Assembly (NCBI RefSeq): GCF_009914755.1
Contig: NC_060938.1
DNA: 64,000 nucleotides
Strand: one strand, 5' to 3'
DNA from: the human T2T-CHM13v2.0 reference genome, Homo sapiens
Shown here: piece after piece, positions 57,113-64,000 of the stretch
How the letters are laid out: each line of letters starts with the position of its first letter
Numbering within the stretch: position 1 is the first letter of the stretch
Made by a program: the position numbers and the translations under genes
Notes under the pieces: model-generated
What the model saw: only the letters and a program-made list of their open reading frames with translations
Database searches by the model: none
What the model was told of the DNA's origin: nothing

Positions 57113-57686
57113 TTAAAATATTCAAAGAAGTATTCCAAGGAGAGAAGCCAGGGCAACAACCATGGATCTGATGTTTCTGGTTTCTGCTAGACAGAGGCTG
57201 GCTTTGCGGAGAGGGTTCTCACTCCTCTATCAGTACAAATAAACCTTTGACCAATTGACCCTATCCACATTCAGCCCACTTCCTACCATCAAAGGTTGTC
57301 CCAGGACCTTATGTTACATTCTCATTCTTCCAGGCCCTTACTCCACAATTCACTCGAGTTGGCGTGTCTGACGCTACGAAACTCCAAAAGCCCCTTCTAC
57401 TAGTTTATTAGACTTAGCATCAGCAAACCTGGTTGTGCTCCAGTGTGTTCTGGCCCATCCTGAGCACTTCCTCTGCTGAGCAACTTGACCCCTAGTTGTA
57501 ATCTTAGCAATATTTTTAATTGCTTTTTTTGTTGTTTGTCTGTATTTCTTCCATTTCCCCTCAACTTTTCATTTGGAAAAACTTTAATCCTAATGTGGAA
57601 ATAAATGAACACCAGTTAATGAGAACCAGCAAAAGCTATTCAGAGCTTTCTATAGCAAAGGAGTTAGCAGCCTTCACTTGTGATTT

Positions 57687-58131
57687 TTTAAAAATATAAT
57701 TTCCATATTATTTTTCTCTAGAGAGAGTTTTTCTTCAATCCTTAAGGACTCACCTTCTTATATGGGCTTTGGTAGGGGTCATGTGGCAGCACCCATAGGT
57801 CTGAATCAGGGTGGCGGTGTTCGGTCCTTGCAAGCTTCACAAGATTAATTCCTGTCTACCTTGCTGTGAATGACACAACTCCCACCGTAACAGAATTTCA
57901 CGAACAACTTGGGAAGCCCATAGGCGTCAAAGATACTAGCTTCAGAAATGTCCCTGACAGGTGCAGTCTCTACTACGTTTTGAATGATGAACTTCTTAAT
58001 AGTCTTGCCTTTGGGTAGGCATAGGGCATAATTCATGTAGCAAATAGGCTGCACGTGGCTGTGGCCCTTTTTGGCATGACCATTGTTATTTCTTTTCTTT
58101 GCCATCTTGGAAGTGGGGACCCAAAAGAACG
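57687..58131 (-). pseudogene. RPS26: Processed pseudogene of 40S ribosomal protein S26
   Basis: ATG at 58105, [22 protein letters not shown]; intronless 348-nt CDS equivalent (57758-58105) with premature stops; two Zn-ligand Cys lost; short A-tail; 13-bp TSD tcacttgtgattt at 57674-57686 and 58132-58144. Confidence 0.95.
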
Positions 58132-58482
58132 TCACTTGTGATTTGGCAGAGACTCAAAGGCAAGCAGAGGAGTGGGAAAACTTTATAGTGGACAAAGGGA
58201 AGCCTTCAAGTGTGCCCTGACTGGAGACTGTGGCATGGGGACACGGTGGGCAGGCTAACTAGAAGCGGGGCATCCTATGTGATTGGTTAGGGATGCATAT
58301 TTGGCTTTCTCTGGTTGATGCTAACTTGGAAACAGAAACAAATAATAGGAAAGGTGTTAATTATTCATAAATTCCTAGCCACTGGGTCTGGTTTTTACAG
58401 AGGTTATTGTTTGGCTTCCTGGGCTGGTTGCTTAGAGATAGTGGTCTGACTTCCTAAAAGTCTGGCTTAAAGGCAATGGACT

Positions 58483-58800
58483 GGCCGGGCGCTGTGGTTC
58501 ACGCCTGTAATCCCAGCACTCTGGGAGGCTGAGGCAGGCGGATCACCTGAGGGTCAGGAGTTCGAGACCAGCGTGACCAAAATGGTGAAACCCTGTCTCT
58601 ACTAAAAATACAAAATTAGCCTGGCGTGGTGGTGCATACCTGTAATCCCAGCTACTCAGGAGGCTGAGGCAAGAGGATTGCTTGAACCCAGGAGGCAGAG
58701 ATAGCCAGTGATAGGCGGTGAGCCAAGATAGTGCCATTGCACTCCAGCCTGGGCAACAAGAGTGAAAATCCGTCTCAAAAAAATAAATAAATAAAAGAGA
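58483..58800 (+). mobile_element. Alu (S-type)
   Basis: Dimeric Alu with a small insertion near 58700. Confidence 0.93.
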
Positions 58801-59767
58801 GAGAGAGATAATGGGCTGGCTTCCTGTGCTGGTCACTGTGGGTTGACTTCCTGCACTGGCTGTTGTAGGTTAGTGCTGGTCAGAGGTCTATTTTTATATA
58901 TGTTCTGGCCACTGTCTGTTCGTATAGTAATACCCTAGGGAAAAGTTAAAAAAACGGTACGGTAAAACCTGTATACCCTTTAACTAGAACACCCATTATT
59001 AGGAACATTTGCATCCTTCTTACCTACCCTTCCCCCTGTTTACATGTACTATCCAAGAGCAGAATATTAGTACCATAACACACCCAAGAAAATTTATAAT
59101 TCCTTATATGCTAGTAGACATACAGTCCATATTCAGATTTCCCCACTTACCCACTCCCTATTAAAATAATGTAAATTCTAACAATATATCTCACTGCATT
59201 TAGTTGTAACATCTCTTTGGTCTCTTTTAATCTAGAAAATTCCCCTCCTCTTAGACTTTCTTTTCTCATGGCAGTTGTCTTACAGGAAGTCTCACATTCT
59301 GAATGTGATTATTTCCTCATATAAGATTCAGTTCAATATTTACTTATTTCCTCATGATTAGATTCAGCTTAAATATTTTTGTCAAGGACCCTACTACTAA
59401 TTTTCCAGGATAGATTGTCTAGGGTCTAGGTAGGACTGAATTTCTAGTAAACCAAGCAGGAAGAATGAAGTCTAATGACTGATACTTATTTACATGACAG
59501 TGCACTATTTCAAGGAGCTTCTGTTCAGAAAAGGAAACTATTATGTCATCCTTTGGGGAAGACTTTGTAATTTTCAGCTTCATTGGCTATAGAATATTTT
59601 TAAAGGTCAGGAATTTATATCCCAGAAAAGTAGGCACAATTACCAGGACTCAACCAATTATTCACTGTAACAACATCCACGAACACCTATGACAGGCATA
59701 CTGGTTTCCAAGATACATAGACTGTTTATCTCAGACATCAAGGAACGTGAGTTTGCAAAGCTTTAGC

Positions 59768-59794
59768 CACACACACACACACACACACACACAC
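59768..59794. repeat. (CA)n microsatellite
   Basis: About 13 CA units. Confidence 0.95.
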
Positions 59795-60672
59795 GTACTT
59801 GCCTCGATTTGTACTTTCTCAAAGTTTTCTTCAGATTTCCACAGACATCTTACCTTCTGGAAACTGAGGCTACACTCACTCTGGTGATTATCAGTTACCA
59901 CTTGTATTGCCATCTAACTGTAGTGTGTGTCTCTGTGTGTTTGTTCATTCTTCTAGGTTTGTATTGTATATATTGTAAAAGGTGGAGAAGATATTTTCTT
60001 TTATTCAAATTCAAGTTCCCAATGAGCAAGGATAATATTCTTGTTTGTCTTCTGCTCCTCCCCAAACCTGATCAAATGATAAGCACAGATTTATTTGGTG
60101 GATGTGAAGTGGGCAAGATTCTATTTCCGAGACCCAAAAGGCTTCCTGGCACATGCACCCCACTGGCTTGCCTCAAATGTTTAAACCCATTATAAACACT
60201 CCTGTGTGTTCACTGAGAAGCTGACTGTGTTTTGAGCACTTGGTACACTATGGAATTAAAGTCAGGGACTAGGAAAAGCAGTAGAGGGAAATCAAAGAAG
60301 AAATTAAATTGTACATCAGACACGATCTTTTTAAACCCAAAGCACCAAGACTATTACAATATTTATGGGGACTGAGTAGGTGAAGGAGGACAATGATACC
60401 AGAAGGATGGACAGAAACAAAGAATAAAAAATGCCTCATATCCTTCCCCTTTCCATTCCTGTTGATCATACCATAGTTCAAAGATTGCATTTCTTTTCAC
60501 CTGAAGCTTGCAGAGGTGATTGATTTCACTGGATTACTCCATGAAATCCCTCTGGTCCCATCTCTCCAATGAAGTTCAGTGAAAAGTGTAAAGACAAATA
60601 CAAACTAGAAATAAGGGGCTTAAATCTCCCTGCTGAGTATAAGGAAATTTCCCTTCCCTCTTTTTACTTTGA

Positions 60673-60977
<305 letters not shown>

Positions 60978-61202
60978 TAGAAAACTTCTAAGTACAATCA
61001 CAGTACTTTGCTTTACTGTGATGGTCAATGTGATAACCATATGAAACCATATCAGAGCTAAGTAAGTCGGGTTCAATAAATGCTGAAAGCATTGACTATC
61101 TGATGGAGTCATCAAAAATATTATTTAATTTAAATATAGTATTTAATTTTGAGCAAGATTTTACAGCACATAGAGGGGTCCTCAGGCCAATAGGGGGATG
61201 GC

Positions 61203-61506
<304 letters not shown>

Positions 61507-62557
61507 GGGGCATGGCTCTCTATTGGAGCTAGGAACAGAGCTTTACATTGCAATGTAGTGCGTGTCTTCTGCTGCAGACTGATCCAGAAAGATTCTGGTG
61601 GGAATTTTCAGATGCTCTAAATGAACATAGAACATCTGATACAGAAGTTGGTACATAGAGTATTTCTCAAAATTTAATGCATACTCTAACTTTTGGGGAG
61701 TTTGTTAAGATTCTGATTCAGTAGGCCTGAGATTCTGCATTTCTAATCTGCTACCAAAAGATGCTGATGCTGCTGGTCCCCAATCACACTTTGCATATTA
61801 AGGCCTTAAAGTAAATCTCTTGCTTATCTATAAATTTTCATCATCTGAACTATTAACAAGGTATGGATAGCAAGAAATTCAAGGTTAAACTCTCCGACAA
61901 TATTACAGAATGCTAGAGCCTAGAATATCAGCATTCTGTGCTGAAGACTGAAGGAATAGACATGTGCCAGCCAGACGAACACATTGCATGTATTTGTATC
62001 AGGCATCTTTCCAAAAGGGTGGTTATCTATTTGCTTTAGATATTGGGCAATCAAGTATGCAGCAAATTTGGCATTCTACTAGGAAAGCCAAGACACCTGG
62101 CTTATGGGTCTCAGGGCACTTACTGTTTGAGCTGTGCAATCCAACATGTGATCCACTTCTTGAAAGGAACAGGCCAAGTTTCCTCCCTCCCTACTGAAGG
62201 ATCCTGTGAGCACAAGGTGGGAAATAGGTACTCCAGCAACACTGAATAGGAAATTGAATAGGAGAAGCTATGCCCACTTGTTAGCAAAGGAACTTCAGCC
62301 AGGAACAGGAGAGTGTGGTACTTTCTTGATAAGAAAGTGCTCTGACGCCTGTCAGTTTGAGGAATTTGAACCTGCAGCATTCCAGGATCAAAGAGGGCTC
62401 TGCTGTGATGATAGGTTCTTTCCTGTTGACTGCTTCCTTTTATTGCCTGATCTGGCACTAAAACAGATCAAAATGAGCTCAGGCCACTTCCATCACTTGA
62501 GAATCTTCATATTTAAAAAAAAAAAGTCAACACATAGAGAAACTATGGGTTATTTAA

Positions 62558-62884
<327 letters not shown>

Positions 62885-62891
62885 TGAGTAT

Positions 62892-63366
62892 TGTCTTCGT
62901 TCGTTTTGTGTTGCTGTAATAGAATACATGAGGCTGAGTAATTTAGAAAGAAAGAGGTTTATTTAGCTCACAGTTCTGCAGCCTGGGAAGTAGGAGAAGC
63001 ATGTTACCAGCATCAGCCAGGCTTCTGGGGAGGGCCACTACACTAGGTCAAAACAAGGCAGAGAAGGTCAAAGGGGAAGCAGACACATACAAAGAGAAAA
63101 AAAGAAAAAAAAAAGTGAGGGCCTCTTGGCTGTATAACAACCCACTCTCCCAGGGAACTAATCCATTCCCAAAGGAAGTAATCCAATCTCACCAGAGCCA
63201 GAACTCACACACTACAGAGAGAAGGGCACCAAGACATTCATAAGGAATTTACTACTGTGATCCAAACACCTCCCACTAGGCCCCATCTCCCAACACTGAC
63301 ACATTGGAAATCAAATTTCGACATGAGTTCTAGTGGGGACAAATTAACCATATTCAAACCATAGCA
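62892..63366. mobile_element. MaLR solo LTR (MST-like)
   Basis: tgtctt...gttgctgtaatagaatac...gaggtttatttagctcacagttctg...ttcaaaccatagca pattern. Confidence 0.8.
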
Positions 63367-64000
63367 GGTATGTTTATCAGACTAGCACTGAAACACAGAG
63401 ACATAAATGTGACTGTAAAATCTCATCTGGAGAGCTCATCAAAAGTTTCAATATGAGACCCATTCATGTGCCCTAAGTCTCTTATTGGCTCAATTCTAGG
63501 TATAATAGCTCAACAGATATTTTAAATATTTGTTATCTCCCCTCCCATTCACCCTGCACAGCTCTTTCAAGTCGTAAAGAGCCCCAGGATCTTTCTTTTT
63601 TTCTTTCAAGCTGATGCTTCCCCGGCCTGCACACTGAGATGGTGGCACAGGATTCCTAGGATTCTCTCCAGCTTAAGAAGAACATTAGTCTTTCCACTTC
63701 TGACCCTGGCAAAGACTTGCGTGTACTGATGGAGGCAGTAAGCTCACACTCCTTTTCCCCTAAGGCTTCCTCCAAAGCTTGAAAACACAACGTGAAATTT
63801 CTTAGTAGTCATACATTCAGCCAAAGGGGCTGGCGACGGGTATTTTAATCTCTCCGTCTTAAGTGATGCGTAGGAGGCCATATCTTTGACCATCCTGCTG
63901 GATTCAAAACCTACGAGATGCTGCCTGCTGGCCTTGGGTGCTGACTTCCTCCTTCTAGGGAGAAAGAGACCTGGTCAGGGCCAACGGTGGGTACCCAGTG

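Larger units (their letters stand above)
57585..58930 (-). mobile_element. ERV1 LTR (MER31-like) hosting the RPS26 retrocopy and an Alu
   Basis: LTR-like sequence continuous across the retrocopy TSD; family from recall. Confidence 0.5.

Overview
Mammalian (human-type) genomic DNA that I recognise as the chr14q11.2 RNase A locus. It contains two intact single-exon CDSs for non-canonical RNase A family members (RNASE11 and RNASE12, both minus strand), four tRNA genes (Pro-AGG x2, Leu-AAG, Thr-TGT) with CpG-rich flanks, and an RPS26 processed pseudogene with target-site duplications. There are two decayed proviruses: a two-LTR HERV-L/MLT2A element, nested in a MER4-group LTR inside an old L1, and a 5'-LTR-less HERV-S-like (HERVL18/LTR18) element with a gamma-type env. 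About 20 Alus and many L1/L2/MIR/MER fragments fill the rest. I see no convincing new protein-coding system, and most listed ORFs are repeat-derived noise. The most unusual signal is a set of at least four short, locally templated duplications or inversions: 26653-26868, 39057-40373, 45628-46062 (with a likely gene-conversion tract) and 49056-49101. Splice and poly(A) signals also suggest a linked tRNA-island -> RNASE12 -> RNASE11 transcription unit. Repeat family names come from recalled consensus sequences, not from a database search, and repeat boundaries without TSDs are approximate.
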